Below the pieces are notes generated by a model. The model did no database searches. It was given only the letters and a program-made list of their open reading frames with translations, and had not been told where the DNA came from. Shown here one piece after another: positions 22,891 to 32,449 of a stretch of 64,000 nucleotides of DNA. Numbering within the stretch: the stretch's first letter is position 1; the number at the start of each line of letters is the position of its first letter. Position numbers and translations under genes: made by a program. This DNA is from a virus, in the IMG/VR virus record IMGVR_UViG_3300027763_000027, positions 96,001 to 160,000 of that record; one strand, written 5' to 3'.

Positions 22891-23442
22891 ATGATTAATT
22901 TTAATATCCCATCGGAAGATCCCATTGTTCATTGGCCTAATCTAAAAGTAAAAGATCAAAATGTTTTAGATCTTGGGTGTGGAAGGCATGGATCTGGTTG
23001 GGATTTAATTGATGATAATGGGATGCCAGCTGGAGCTTCGGGTGCAACACCTTTTTATTTTTTAAATAATTGTCAAGCAAATAAAGTAGTAGGCGTGGAT
23101 TTATCTAAAAGAGACATAGATTTTTATAATAAAATAAATTCTTCACCAAATATAATTTTTATAGAGCAAGATCTAAGCGTTCCTAATGCAGATGAAATAA
23201 TTAAAAATATAATCAAAGAACACCAAATAACATATATTAAATCTGATATAGAAGGATATGAATTATTCTTTTTAAATTTCAAAAAAGAAGATTATCAAAC
23301 AATAAATGGTATTGCGATTGAATATCATAACTTAGAGGGAAAGAGTTTATTACTATCACATTTTATTTCAATGGGATTTACTCTTGATGCCGAAGGAATT
23401 TATAATGATCAAGTTGGGGTTTTAGTCTTAAATAAGAATTGA
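22891..23442 (+). CDS. SAM-dependent methyltransferase (FkbM-like)
   Basis: VLDLGCG motif I, IKSDIEGYE, IAIEYH. Confidence 0.75.
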   Translation: MINFNIPSEDPIVHWPNLKVKDQNVLDLGCGRHGSGWDLIDDNGMPAGASGATPFYFLNNCQANKVVGVDLSKRDIDFYNKINSSPNIIFIEQDLSVPNADEIIKNIIKEHQITYIKSDIEGYELFFLNFKKEDYQTINGIAIEYHNLEGKSLLLSHFISMGFTLDAEGIYNDQVGVLVLNKN

Positions 23443-23472
23443 CTATACTTAAATAAAGGTTATATTAATTAT
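23439..23472 (+). promoter_or_regulatory. Representative sigma70-like promoter with leaderless geometry
   Basis: TTGACT-16-TATATT-6-ATG; same geometry at more than a dozen genes. Confidence 0.75.
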
Positions 23473-23764
23473 ATGAGCCAATATACAGATGAAAATTTTA
23501 AAAGAGAAGATTGGGAATTAATTCAAGATGCTATTGTAGATCAAATCTCGTACCTTAAGCATAAGCAATCTTGGGGGTACGAGGAGCAGGTTGAGCGTCT
23601 AGAAGCCTTGCTGGAAAAAGCTAGAATTAGTAGATTAGTTGCAAATAAGGGATAATCAAATAATGAATTACTATTATATTTTTGGTGTTATCCTAGTAGT
23701 ATATATTTTAAATATTTTCTTAAACAGGGATTGACAAAGTTTAAGTTTAGATTATATTGGATGT

Positions 23765-24283
23765 ATGAGCAAAACATCTAAATCTAAAAAAATCAAAATG
23801 CCAAAGATGACAGACATCATGGCACAAATTAAAGCAGAGCAAATCAAAAAAGGAGATAGAGTAAAGTATCATTCTAATCTATTATTTGATACTCTAGCAC
23901 AAACAAAAGTATCTTCTATTGAAGTATCTTTTGAAGGTTGCGGAGACTCTGGACAAATCGAATCAGTAGATTATACAGATGCTAATGGCAAGGGCATAGA
24001 CGAAGCATATCTTGATAAGGTTATTGTTAAAGGTTCAGCTAAAACATCCTATCACAAATGGGACGAAAAGACAAAAAAGCTAGTCAAGACAGAAGCCACA
24101 GAAGGAAATGTCAGAGAGATTATCGAAGAGATATGTTATGATAAGTTAGGTGCAAGCCACGGAGGTTGGGAGATTAACGAAGGTAGCTATGGAACATTCT
24201 ACTTTGATGTCTCTACTCGCAAGGTGCGTCTCGAATACAACGAGAGGATAGAGGAGGTTCGGACTAGTGAGGAGAGTTTCTAA
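23765..24283 (+). CDS. DUF6878-like protein
   Basis: FEGCGDSGQIE...GWEINEGSYG; paired with the next gene as in other mobile elements. Confidence 0.65.
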   Translation: MSKTSKSKKIKMPKMTDIMAQIKAEQIKKGDRVKYHSNLLFDTLAQTKVSSIEVSFEGCGDSGQIESVDYTDANGKGIDEAYLDKVIVKGSAKTSYHKWDEKTKKLVKTEATEGNVREIIEEICYDKLGASHGGWEINEGSYGTFYFDVSTRKVRLEYNERIEEVRTSEESF

Positions 24284-24633
24284 TGGCTAATCCATACCAT
24301 CATTCTGTCTCTTCGTCAAAGAAGTGGGGTGGAACTCCAGAAGATTATCAGAAGATTCACGACTGGTTCGATGAATCAAAGATGATGATGGCAGACTTTA
24401 GACATCGTGCTTTGCGACATCACGCCGAGGGTATCTTTATGTGTGAGAGGATATTTGGTCACACCATTACTTTAAGTAATGGAAAAAAGATTCCTACTCG
24501 TTGGGTTGGCGAACAGCATGTAGCAGAGGACTTGGGATTTATTCCATCTATGCAAGATTGGCTTAAACATATTATGCCAGAACCTTGGATGGGTAAGACA
24601 AAGAAACTTGACATAGAAAAGCAATTAGTATAA
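24283..24633 (+). CDS. DUF6915-like protein
   Basis: PYHHSVSSSKKWGG, IHDWFDESK, RHRALRHH, EQHVAEDLG. Confidence 0.7.
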   Translation: MANPYHHSVSSSKKWGGTPEDYQKIHDWFDESKMMMADFRHRALRHHAEGIFMCERIFGHTITLSNGKKIPTRWVGEQHVAEDLGFIPSMQDWLKHIMPEPWMGKTKKLDIEKQLV

Positions 24634-24643
24634 TATATTGTAT

Positions 24644-25300
24644 ATGAAAAAATTAAACTTAAGTTTATTTCTAATACTATTTGTTTCTAGTGTTTTTTCT
24701 CAAACACCTTACGATAGAGTTGCTATTGAGAAAACTATTAAACCTAACAAAGCAACAAAAAATATATATTTATTTGTTAATCCTCTTGTTCAAGATCCCC
24801 ACCAGTGCCAAACCACCTGTGTTTCAATGCTGTTAGGTTATGGTGGAATTAATATAACCCCAGCCAGTATCGAAATGGCATCTACTGGCAAGTTAGACGG
24901 AACTCCTACTATGTGGAAAATAGTAGAAACATTATTAAGGGAATGGAATATTCCATTAAAGGTTTCTAGATATGAGGCCAAGTATTCTAGCGTAGACCAT
25001 ATTGTTGAGTTCTTTAAGGAGTTGTTAGATCGTAATACGCCGTGCTATTTCTTGGCTAATTATCACGCAATCGTTGTTCAAGGTTACGACCAAGGTACGA
25101 GAAAAATATATTGCATTGACCCTAGCCGTTCGAACTCTATTGTTCTCGTATTTACCTACCAAGAGTTTATGAATTATATTCGTAACTCAATAGAGTACAA
25201 AAAGAATAAAGGTATATTAATCGCACACCAATCAACTAAATTAAACAATTTCTTTTATCTAGAAAATAATATCTTTATATTTAAAGGAGCTTTAAGATAA
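24644..25300 (+). CDS. Secreted papain-like (C39-like) peptidase
   Basis: Signal peptide; Q...QCQTTC, HAIVVQGYD, IDP catalytic pattern. Confidence 0.7.
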   Translation: MKKLNLSLFLILFVSSVFSQTPYDRVAIEKTIKPNKATKNIYLFVNPLVQDPHQCQTTCVSMLLGYGGINITPASIEMASTGKLDGTPTMWKIVETLLREWNIPLKVSRYEAKYSSVDHIVEFFKELLDRNTPCYFLANYHAIVVQGYDQGTRKIYCIDPSRSNSIVLVFTYQEFMNYIRNSIEYKKNKGILIAHQSTKLNNFFYLENNIFIFKGALR

Positions 25301-25388
25301 TTTGGTGAGGTGGTTTGGTCATCGGTAGTTGCTTCCGTTAATAGCAAATCGTTTGGGAATACCGAATAATTCTCGTGTAATAACTATT

Positions 25389-25685
25389 ATGAATGATTTT
25401 AATATTTTAAACGAGATAAATGAATGTTTGATAATAGCAAACCAATTTCAGTTTGGACATAATACTTTTTCTAGAAATGTTAGATCTTATCTTTTGTACA
25501 AAAAAATAAGTTCTTTATATAGAAAAGTAGATAATTTTGAACTAGCAACTTATTATAGTTCACAAGCGGAAACTGCATTATCTCTAATAGAAGATGGTGA
25601 ATACAAAAACAAGCTAGCTCAAGTTGTATCAGACGATTTTCCTCCTTCATTATTTTTAAAAGAAGTAACTAATTCTACTGAATAA
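25389..25685 (+). CDS. Hypothetical protein
   Basis: ATG 25389 preceded by GTGTAA at 25375. Confidence 0.5.
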   Translation: MNDFNILNEINECLIIANQFQFGHNTFSRNVRSYLLYKKISSLYRKVDNFELATYYSSQAETALSLIEDGEYKNKLAQVVSDDFPPSLFLKEVTNSTE

Positions 25686-25876
25686 ATTTTTTTGTTCTAC
25701 TATTTGTTGTATTTGTGTTATAATAGATAGTATGAGTAAAAAAGAAATGGAGAAAAATCTTAATTATGGTGATTGCAATAATATTTTCTGTTTTTTCAGT
25801 GATGTTCTTGAGAGCGCACTTCAGAGTGTAGAAAAAAGTATTGACCTAATCGTAAAAAAAGATTAAAATATAAACA

Positions 25877-26054
25877 GTAGAAGGCACACTCTCATTTGCG
25901 AGAGGGTGCAAAGAAAGAGAGCGAGGCGCCCTATATTTCTTTCGTTCCTTCTACGTTGATTTCCGCACAGAAATCAAGGATTGGCTGTTGAGGTGATTGC
26001 GGGATTAACCTCAACCATATATCCCTTGAGCGTTTTTTGGTGTCGCAGAAACCA
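25877..26054 (+). ncRNA. Candidate structured ncRNA A
   Basis: TTGACC(25841)-17-TAAAAT promoter; GTAGAAGG/CCTTCTAC closing stem, CTCTC/GAGAG, AAAGAAA/TTTCTTT, TTGATTTC/GAAATCAA, GTTGAGGT/ACCTCAAC stems; no ORF. Confidence 0.55.
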
Positions 26055-27153
26055 TTTATTTTCGTGTAATTTGAGATATGAAATACAAACAATTAAAAGA
26101 ATACTTGAATACCCTAACTGAAGAACAATTAAACCAAGATGTGGTGGTTGTAGAAAAAACAGATTATGCTCCTTTAGTTTCTTATATAGATTCAGCTTTT
26201 GTGGTAGAAGATGGAGATACTTTATCTTACGAAAATCTTTTAAATAAAGTAGTATTGTACGTTCCTAGATTGAATTAATCATGTATATTATGAGTTATTT
26301 ATAAATAATCATTGACTAAATAATAATTTAAGTTATATTTGGTAGATGACCACATATAAATACATAGCAGACTATATAAATAAACCTACTATATTTTGTT
26401 ATATTGTAGATTGTGTGATAAATAACAATCCTTATTTGTTTGGTGGCGAGTATAATAAAAAATTACTAAACAAGAAAGTATGGATGGCTAAACAAGTATT
26501 TCCTCATTGTGAACCAACTCAATATACTTATTTCAAAACATTCAAAGAAGCAAAAGATACATTAAATAGATGGGGCGCAAAGTGGGAAAGGGTTTGACAA
26601 AATAATAATTCAATATGAAAATACTTAATCAACAAGATAATATAGATTATTCTTCTTATACTATAGAAGATAATAATAACATATATAGTGTTGTTAAACC
26701 ATGTAAAGGAACTTGGGTAGCTTTTGCAGGAGTAAAATTATCTGTAAGAGATTCAGAAGGAAATATTGTTCGAGATAAGAATATTATTGAAAATATTAAC
26801 AATTTAATATTTTAAAAAAGAAATTGACTAAATAATAATTTAGATTATATTCTATTTATGACTAAAACATTCAAAATAGGTGAGTATGCAGTAGGAGGAA
26901 AGATCAAAGTATCTATTCCTAAAACCTTAACTAATATAAAGATAGATGTTATTGATTCTAATTTTGGCACAGGTCAATTAGTTAATCAGTATATCTATTA
27001 TAGCTTTGATAGGATTAGAATTGAAAGAGATTTGTTTCAAATAGTAAGTGGTTACTGGTCAGATCAAATACTAGCATGGATTAATAAAAGTTGGCAAAGT
27101 CAATTAGCCAAAATATAATTTGACAATAAATATAAAAGGAGTATATTAAAACT

Positions 27154-27390
27154 ATGAACAACACCGAAAAACCCCTAAAGAAATTCACGATTCGTATGCA
27201 ACGCAACCAAATCGCAGAAGTGGACATCGAGGTGGAGGCCACATCAGATGAGGAAGCGGTTGATAAGGCAACAGAGATGGCTGAAAATTGCACTGATGCT
27301 AATGGCTTTGCCCTTGAGTGGGATGAGGTTGATTATAACTTCGAAGCTATTGATGTCGAGGAAGAAGAGGAGGACGAAGATGAAGTCTAG
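27154..27390 (+). CDS. Acidic hypothetical protein
   Basis: IEVEATSDEEAVDKA pattern; own promoter at 27120. Confidence 0.6.
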   Translation: MNNTEKPLKKFTIRMQRNQIAEVDIEVEATSDEEAVDKATEMAENCTDANGFALEWDEVDYNFEAIDVEEEEEDEDEV

Positions 27391-28304
27391 TGAACAAATT
27401 ACTAAAGAAATCAGTGATAGGATTGTAGAATACAAAGCTCTTATGATTGAGCATGATAATAATCAAAGTGCAGTAGATGAATTAGAAAGTGCAATTCATG
27501 AACTAGATCATCTATTAAGGTGGATTAATGAGTAATACTCCTTTATTTTTCGCTATTGTATTAAGCATTGTTTTTGCTATTTATATATATTTTAGCTACA
27601 ATGAATAAGATAATTAATTATATTATATGGATAGCTTTTGGCCTTATTATATTTGGCTTATTAAGATTATTTTTATGAGCTTTGCACGAGATATACTAAC
27701 AAATAAACCTGTAATATGCTTTGATGAATTGCTACTAGCTAAATATGAAATAGATAATAGTGTAATAAGAGATAGTGAAGATACTAAAGAGTCTAGTTAA
27801 TATAGTTTTGTTTTTCTTATTATTTCCTCTGATATTATTAAGTGATATGATAAATGATGATTGACATAATTTTAATTTGGGTTATAGTTGGTTTATGAAA
27901 TTCGAAGTAAAAGATACTACTCCAACTAATACAATTAAGCTTCATTATCCTCATATCTTATTAAAGATTATTTTTGGATTTCACGACTTTAATCTTGAAG
28001 CTAAAGCGTTTGTTAGATTAAACTCTATTCAGCGTGATGAAGTTGGGAAACTTATCATATCTAAAGAAGATAAAAATGATATTATATCTAAAGTCAAGAA
28101 AAAAATGTCAAAAAAGTTTAATGGCACTTTTCCTAAAGCATTAAAGTATTGTTCTATATATTCTAATAAAATACAAGATTATAGCACCCCTAATGGCACT
28201 CGTTATTTAGAAAGCTGGATTATATCTAAAACATATAATGATAAGAATCAATTAGTAGAGTGTTTTTGATTTGACATATATTTAATTTACTATATTATTA
28301 GCCT

Positions 28305-28757
28305 ATGAAGCTAATTAATACCACCTCATATTGTTCTGAAAAGTTAAAAGAAATTATCAAATGGTGTATGCCAGAAGGCGTATTCCTTAAAGACATTAGA
28401 AAGATAGATTTTGGTAATACTAAATTAAATTGGCATGGCAGGGCTTGGGGAAGCATGAGAGTGCATATTGGTGTGCCACGATACGGCAAGTATATTCGTC
28501 CTTATAATACAGGAGGCAGAAGAGGCTATTTAAGTGTTGAAACATATAGCTGGGAAGAAGGTTTAATTGAATTAATTGCTCATGAATTAAGACATATATA
28601 TCAATGGAAAAAAGGTAAGTATTATCATGGTATTAAAAAGATAAGAAAATATAACATGGGTACACGAGCTAAATTATGTGAAGTAGATGCTAGTTTATAT
28701 GCTAAGAGAAAAGTAAGAGAGTATAGAAAAAGTAATTTTAAATTAAATTTGGTTTGA
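28305..28757 (+). CDS. SprT-like zincin metalloprotein
   Basis: IAHELRHIYQ HExxH motif, downstream E. Confidence 0.6.
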   Translation: MKLINTTSYCSEKLKEIIKWCMPEGVFLKDIRKIDFGNTKLNWHGRAWGSMRVHIGVPRYGKYIRPYNTGGRRGYLSVETYSWEEGLIELIAHELRHIYQWKKGKYYHGIKKIRKYNMGTRAKLCEVDASLYAKRKVREYRKSNFKLNLV

Positions 28758-28758
28758 C

Positions 28759-28833
28759 ATAAGTAGTTGATTATTATATAGTTACGTGGGCGGGCTCCCC
28801 GCGCGCGCAAGTCGTTGATAGGTAAGCATTTAC
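28759..28833. repeat. 75-bp paired-palindrome element E1 (extra half site at 28865-28891)
   Basis: ATAAGTAGTTGATTATTATATAGTTAC + 21 bp + GCAAGTCGTTGATAGGTAAGCATTTAC. Confidence 0.85.
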
Positions 28834-28941
28834 ACAACAACAGTAAAAAACTTTAACAGGATTGGCAAGTGTCTGATAATCAGAATCTTATGATACGAAA
28901 AAAGTTCTTGTCATAGTTTAAAAGTGTGGTATGATTAACAT

Positions 28942-29799
28942 ATGGCTAGAACAACAAAACCCGCTCAAAGTGTATACGATTTCGATGTACACCAAGAGCC
29001 ACTCCTCACAACAGACGGCAAGAGGACAGGATACTTCGGGATGGTACGCCGTGATACCCCCGAACCCATGACGCTCGGAGTTTGCACCGAGCAGTATGGT
29101 GTGGTGAAGAATGCAGACCTCGTAACGATGGTCGAAGAGTCGCTAGCGCAGAACAGTATGCTCGCCAATCACAACTCCAAAAAGTTTGTGGTTCGTGATG
29201 GATCCCGTTTCTATGCTAGCTATGACTTCCCTGAGTTCAAAACTCAGTTGAAGCCAGTTGGCAAACGTGCGGTTGGTGATGTGCTTGGTTTGAGATTGAC
29301 TGTTAACAACAGTTATGATCGCTCCAGTCGCGTTTCCCTCTCGCTTGGCTTCCTCCGTTTGGTTTGTTTGAACGGAATGAAGTCGTTGACCAAAGAGTTC
29401 AGCATGACGAAGAGACACACTCTCGCCGTGAATCTGGATTTTATTGGTGATGCATTGGCAAACGCACTCTCCAGTGTTGATACCTCTGTAGCAATCTTCA
29501 ACAGGTTGGCGCAGAAGGCAATCACTGATGAGCAGGGTTTGACATTGCTCACTAAGCTGGAAGAGAAGGCTGTCATCTCTGCTAAGGTGCGCGAAGGCAT
29601 CGAAGCAGTTTGGCGGAATCCTTCTTACGAGGAGGATCATGATCGCAACCTGTACAACTTGTACAACGCCACTACGCAGTTTTTAACTCGTAATGTCGCT
29701 GACGAGCGGTACGAGTATAGCGAGAGGGTCAGCACCGACTTGCTCAAAGTCTTCAGCGGAAAAACCCGCGACGAAGAGCTCCTGAAGCTGGTCGCCTAA
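28942..29799 (+). CDS. DUF932 family protein
   Basis: LGVCTEQYGVVKN, NSYDRS, RLVCLNGM, KRHT, LYNLYNATTQ; visibly GC-richer than the backbone. Confidence 0.85.
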   Translation: MARTTKPAQSVYDFDVHQEPLLTTDGKRTGYFGMVRRDTPEPMTLGVCTEQYGVVKNADLVTMVEESLAQNSMLANHNSKKFVVRDGSRFYASYDFPEFKTQLKPVGKRAVGDVLGLRLTVNNSYDRSSRVSLSLGFLRLVCLNGMKSLTKEFSMTKRHTLAVNLDFIGDALANALSSVDTSVAIFNRLAQKAITDEQGLTLLTKLEEKAVISAKVREGIEAVWRNPSYEEDHDRNLYNLYNATTQFLTRNVADERYEYSERVSTDLLKVFSGKTRDEELLKLVA

Positions 29800-29819
29800 A
29801 CTAAAACGAAACTTTAACA

Positions 29820-29851
29820 GAGGCGGAGGGCAAAACCCTCCGCTTCTTTTT
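29820..29851 (+). terminator. Rho-independent terminator
   Basis: GAGGCGGAGGG-CAAAA-CCCTCCGCTTC then T-run. Confidence 0.85.
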
Positions 29852-29869
29852 GCTTTTTTATTGACATGC

Positions 29870-29944
29870 ATAAGTCGTTATCTATCAAGTATTTACAGCG
29901 CGAGGGACCCTGCGTTTGTAACTCGTTATCTATCAGAGGCTTAC
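29870..29944. repeat. 75-bp paired-palindrome element E2
   Basis: 27+21+27; spacer AGCGCGAGGGACCCTGCGTTT. Confidence 0.9.
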
Positions 29945-29983
29945 AACACTTGACATTTATATTATTTATGTTATAGTTATGAG

Positions 29984-30325
29984 ATGAAAGCAAAGCATAA
30001 AGTATATTATAACTTACATAAGAAGTGTCTTTCTATTATGCTTCGTGGAAAAGTATTAGAGCATAGCACAGAATTTTTTTTGCGTGATGTTGAGTTTAGA
30101 GTGAGTCAAGCAGGGCGCTCCAGGGTTCTAAAGGAACAAAGAAAGAATGTACACGCCTTTGTATGTGGGACTCCAGATGATGGTTGGCCTATTGACCAAA
30201 ATGAAAGAAAGGTAACCTATAATCCTTATAAGTATAACAGCTTTGTTTATTCTGATACCTTTGAACCAGTATATAAAGCAAAATGGGTTGGAGTTATTAA
30301 TAGAGATATTTTTGTCTTGAATTAA
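29984..30325 (+). CDS. Conserved hypothetical phage protein
   Basis: VYYNLHK...GRSRVLKEQRKNVHAFV...YNPYK, widespread phage family. Confidence 0.7.
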   Translation: MKAKHKVYYNLHKKCLSIMLRGKVLEHSTEFFLRDVEFRVSQAGRSRVLKEQRKNVHAFVCGTPDDGWPIDQNERKVTYNPYKYNSFVYSDTFEPVYKAKWVGVINRDIFVLN

Positions 30326-30492
30326 TCTAAAAGTATAGTAAGATTATCTAATGGAAATCACTAAAGCCAAGAAACTAAAGGAGGGCGGTTACGCACTATA
30401 CGCAACTGACCCTAAAACTAAAACCGAAACCCAAGTTGGATATATTGGAGAAGGTCTGACTTTGGAAGCGTGGCTTCCTAAAGGAGTAAAAA

Positions 30493-30879
30493 TTGAAAAC
30501 TCTTGAAGAAACATTTACTAGCAGAGGCTTTAAGTTCACGATGGTTGGTCGTGATGGCGATGTTGCTATCTATAAAAAGCGACTCGATGAACCAGACAGC
30601 GAAGCTTTTAACTATGAAGTGATTGCTATTAAGCGTCACAATGGATATGAGATTGCAGGTGTCAAGATGCCTCCTGCTGAAATGTATCCGTCCGATAGTC
30701 AATGGGGCGATTGGGCTTATACTTGTATTGATCGTGAAGATGCAGACAAGCGATTCGTTCAACTAAAAGAAAAACTATCAGCTTATGTTGCAACATCAAC
30801 TTTAGCTAATGGTGAGAAGCGTGGTCGTGGCCGTCCTCGCAAAATTGATTTGACAAAAACAGAACTTGTGGTATCATAA
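30493..30879 (+). CDS. Hypothetical protein with C-terminal AT-hook
   Basis: KRGRGRPRK. Confidence 0.65.
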   Translation: MKTLEETFTSRGFKFTMVGRDGDVAIYKKRLDEPDSEAFNYEVIAIKRHNGYEIAGVKMPPAEMYPSDSQWGDWAYTCIDREDADKRFVQLKEKLSAYVATSTLANGEKRGRGRPRKIDLTKTELVVS

Positions 30880-31307
30880 CAAAATGACATATAAATGTGC
30901 AGTAAGCGGTGAAGCACTTTCACCAGAGAGAGTTGAGGCTCTGCAAGTCCTCGGCGTTCCAGAGAGTCAATGGACAAAGAAAGAACATAGTCAAACAAAA
31001 AAACTACGAGCTGTATATGCTGGTGACGATGGCAGTAATGACATTGTTATTTGTGATGCAGTAGATGGTGGCTCGATGTTTGATAACGCAGTAGCGTTGG
31101 AGGTAGAAAATGAATCTTAAGTATATCGTTTTGCGAGACGGAATTCGTGTGAGTGAAGATATGCACACGAAGATTGAAGATGCTGAACACGAAGCGGAGT
31201 TTTGGCGTAAAGTCATTCGCTCGTGGCCTGATGGAACGAAAGTTACCATCAAGAAAATCGGCGGATAACTTCGGAGGCTGACATTGAGCTACGGCTTAGT
31301 GTTGATT

Positions 31308-31398
31308 GCTAGGGTCGTCTAACTGGTTAAGACCCCACACTTATAATGTGGTCGCTCTAGATTTGGGCAAAATGTAGGTTCGAATCCTACCCCTAGTA
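31308..31398 (+). tRNA. tRNA-Ile(UAU) with long variable arm
   Basis: Acceptor GCTAGGG/CCCTAGT, anticodon arm CCACA-CTTATAA-TGTGG, T arm GTAGG-TTCGAAT-CCTAC, ~20-nt variable region; no encoded CCA. Confidence 0.8.
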
Positions 31399-31683
31399 TG
31401 TATTATATGTAAGTACTTAATGTTCAACCAATTATTTTTATTGACTATTTTTCTGATTCTTGTATATTAAACCTATGACAAACAAAACAGCACCATTCTA
31501 TGTGATGAATGTGTTCGGTCAAGACCGAGCCGTTATCCTAAACACCTCAATCCGTATGTGTACGCCTAAAGAGACTTGTTCTCTTAAAGAATTGGAGAAC
31601 ATCTCCAAGGCTTTTGGAGTAGAGTTCTTTCAAGTACCAAAACCTTCTAGCTTCCCAGCGAAAGTAGTAGCTTCGTGAAAGAT

Positions 31684-31759
31684 GGGCTTGTAGCTCAATG
31701 GTTAGAGCAGAGCACTCATAATGCTTTGGTTGGGGGTTCAAGTCCCTCCGAGCCCACCA
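31684..31759 (+). tRNA. tRNA-CAT, Ile2-like (lysidine) rather than Met
   Basis: GGGCTTG acceptor, GAGCA-CTCATAA-TGCTT, TTCAAGT loop, encoded CCA. Confidence 0.85.
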
Positions 31760-31886
31760 CTTCTCCTTGTGCGGATTGGATGCTCAACTCTTATAGTAAG
31801 CATGCTGAGATAACTCAAGAAGATGTAGAATGGTATTTAAAAAACAAAAGCATTGACAACAAACAAAGATAGGATAAACTAAAACT

Positions 31887-32273
31887 ATGAAACTTATTAA
31901 ACAAAACCTCGGTGCCCATTGGGTCATCGGAATCAAAGGCAACAAGGACGAGATTGAGCAGTTCCACAATCGAGTCTATAACTGGGGCGGAACAAACGGA
32001 GAGCTTCAATGGATGAGCAACGATTTTGCTTATTTTTGGATTACTCTAGAAAAGTTGGAACGAGTAATGTTTAAGTATGTTATGAATGGCATCACAGATA
32101 AACTTGGTAAGAAGTTTCGTGGTGCAAAAGGTGGATTAAAAGGAGTCGTATCTAATCGTGTCAAGAATACTATTGATAATATTCCAAACGAAACATTTGT
32201 TCGCACAGCACAAGTCGAGGATATATATTCTCTTGGAACAATCTCTGCGGAAAAATTAGATACTGATAGCTAA
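31887..32273 (+). CDS. Hypothetical protein, paralog of 39682-40137
   Basis: YNWGGTNGEL, KGGL, YSLGTISAEK shared. Confidence 0.75.
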   Translation: MKLIKQNLGAHWVIGIKGNKDEIEQFHNRVYNWGGTNGELQWMSNDFAYFWITLEKLERVMFKYVMNGITDKLGKKFRGAKGGLKGVVSNRVKNTIDNIPNETFVRTAQVEDIYSLGTISAEKLDTDS

Positions 32274-32279
32274 ACAATC

Positions 32280-32352
32280 CGCCTAGTAGCCCAATGGCAG
32301 AGGCAAACGACTTAAAATCGTTCAAGTGTCAGTTCGAGTCTGACCTAGGCGA
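32280..32352 (+). tRNA. tRNA-Leu(UAA) with short variable loop
   Basis: CGCCTAG/CTAGGCG acceptor, AACGA-CTTAAAA-TCGTT, GTCAG-TTCGAGT-CTGAC. Confidence 0.8.
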
Positions 32353-32361
32353 AAATCTTTT

Positions 32362-32435
32362 GCTTTCATAGCTCAATTGGATAGAGCAACGGATTTCTAA
32401 TCCGTAGGTTGCAGGTTCAATCCCTGCTGAAAGCG
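32362..32435 (+). tRNA. tRNA-Arg(UCU)
   Basis: GCTTTCA/TGAAAGC acceptor, ACGGA-TTTCTAA-TCCGT, GCAGG-TTCAATC-CCTGC. Confidence 0.9.
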
Positions 32436-32449
32436 TGTAATAATATATT

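Noticed and set aside
28965-29871. Minus-strand ORFs over DUF932
   Set aside because: Antisense shadows of a GC-rich gene.
31278-31304. UACG-capped hairpin just upstream of tRNA-Ile(UAU) as a ribozyme
   Set aside because: A single hairpin with no ribozyme core; more simply a processing or stability element.
31308-31398. Ochre-suppressor (TTA) reading of the tRNA, or stop-codon recoding
   Set aside because: The 7-nt loop CTTATAA centres on TAT; long genes are intact in code 11 and end in TAA, TAG and TGA.
31547-31872. ORFs 31675-31872(+) and 31547-31741(-)
   Set aside because: They overlap the tRNA-CAT gene.
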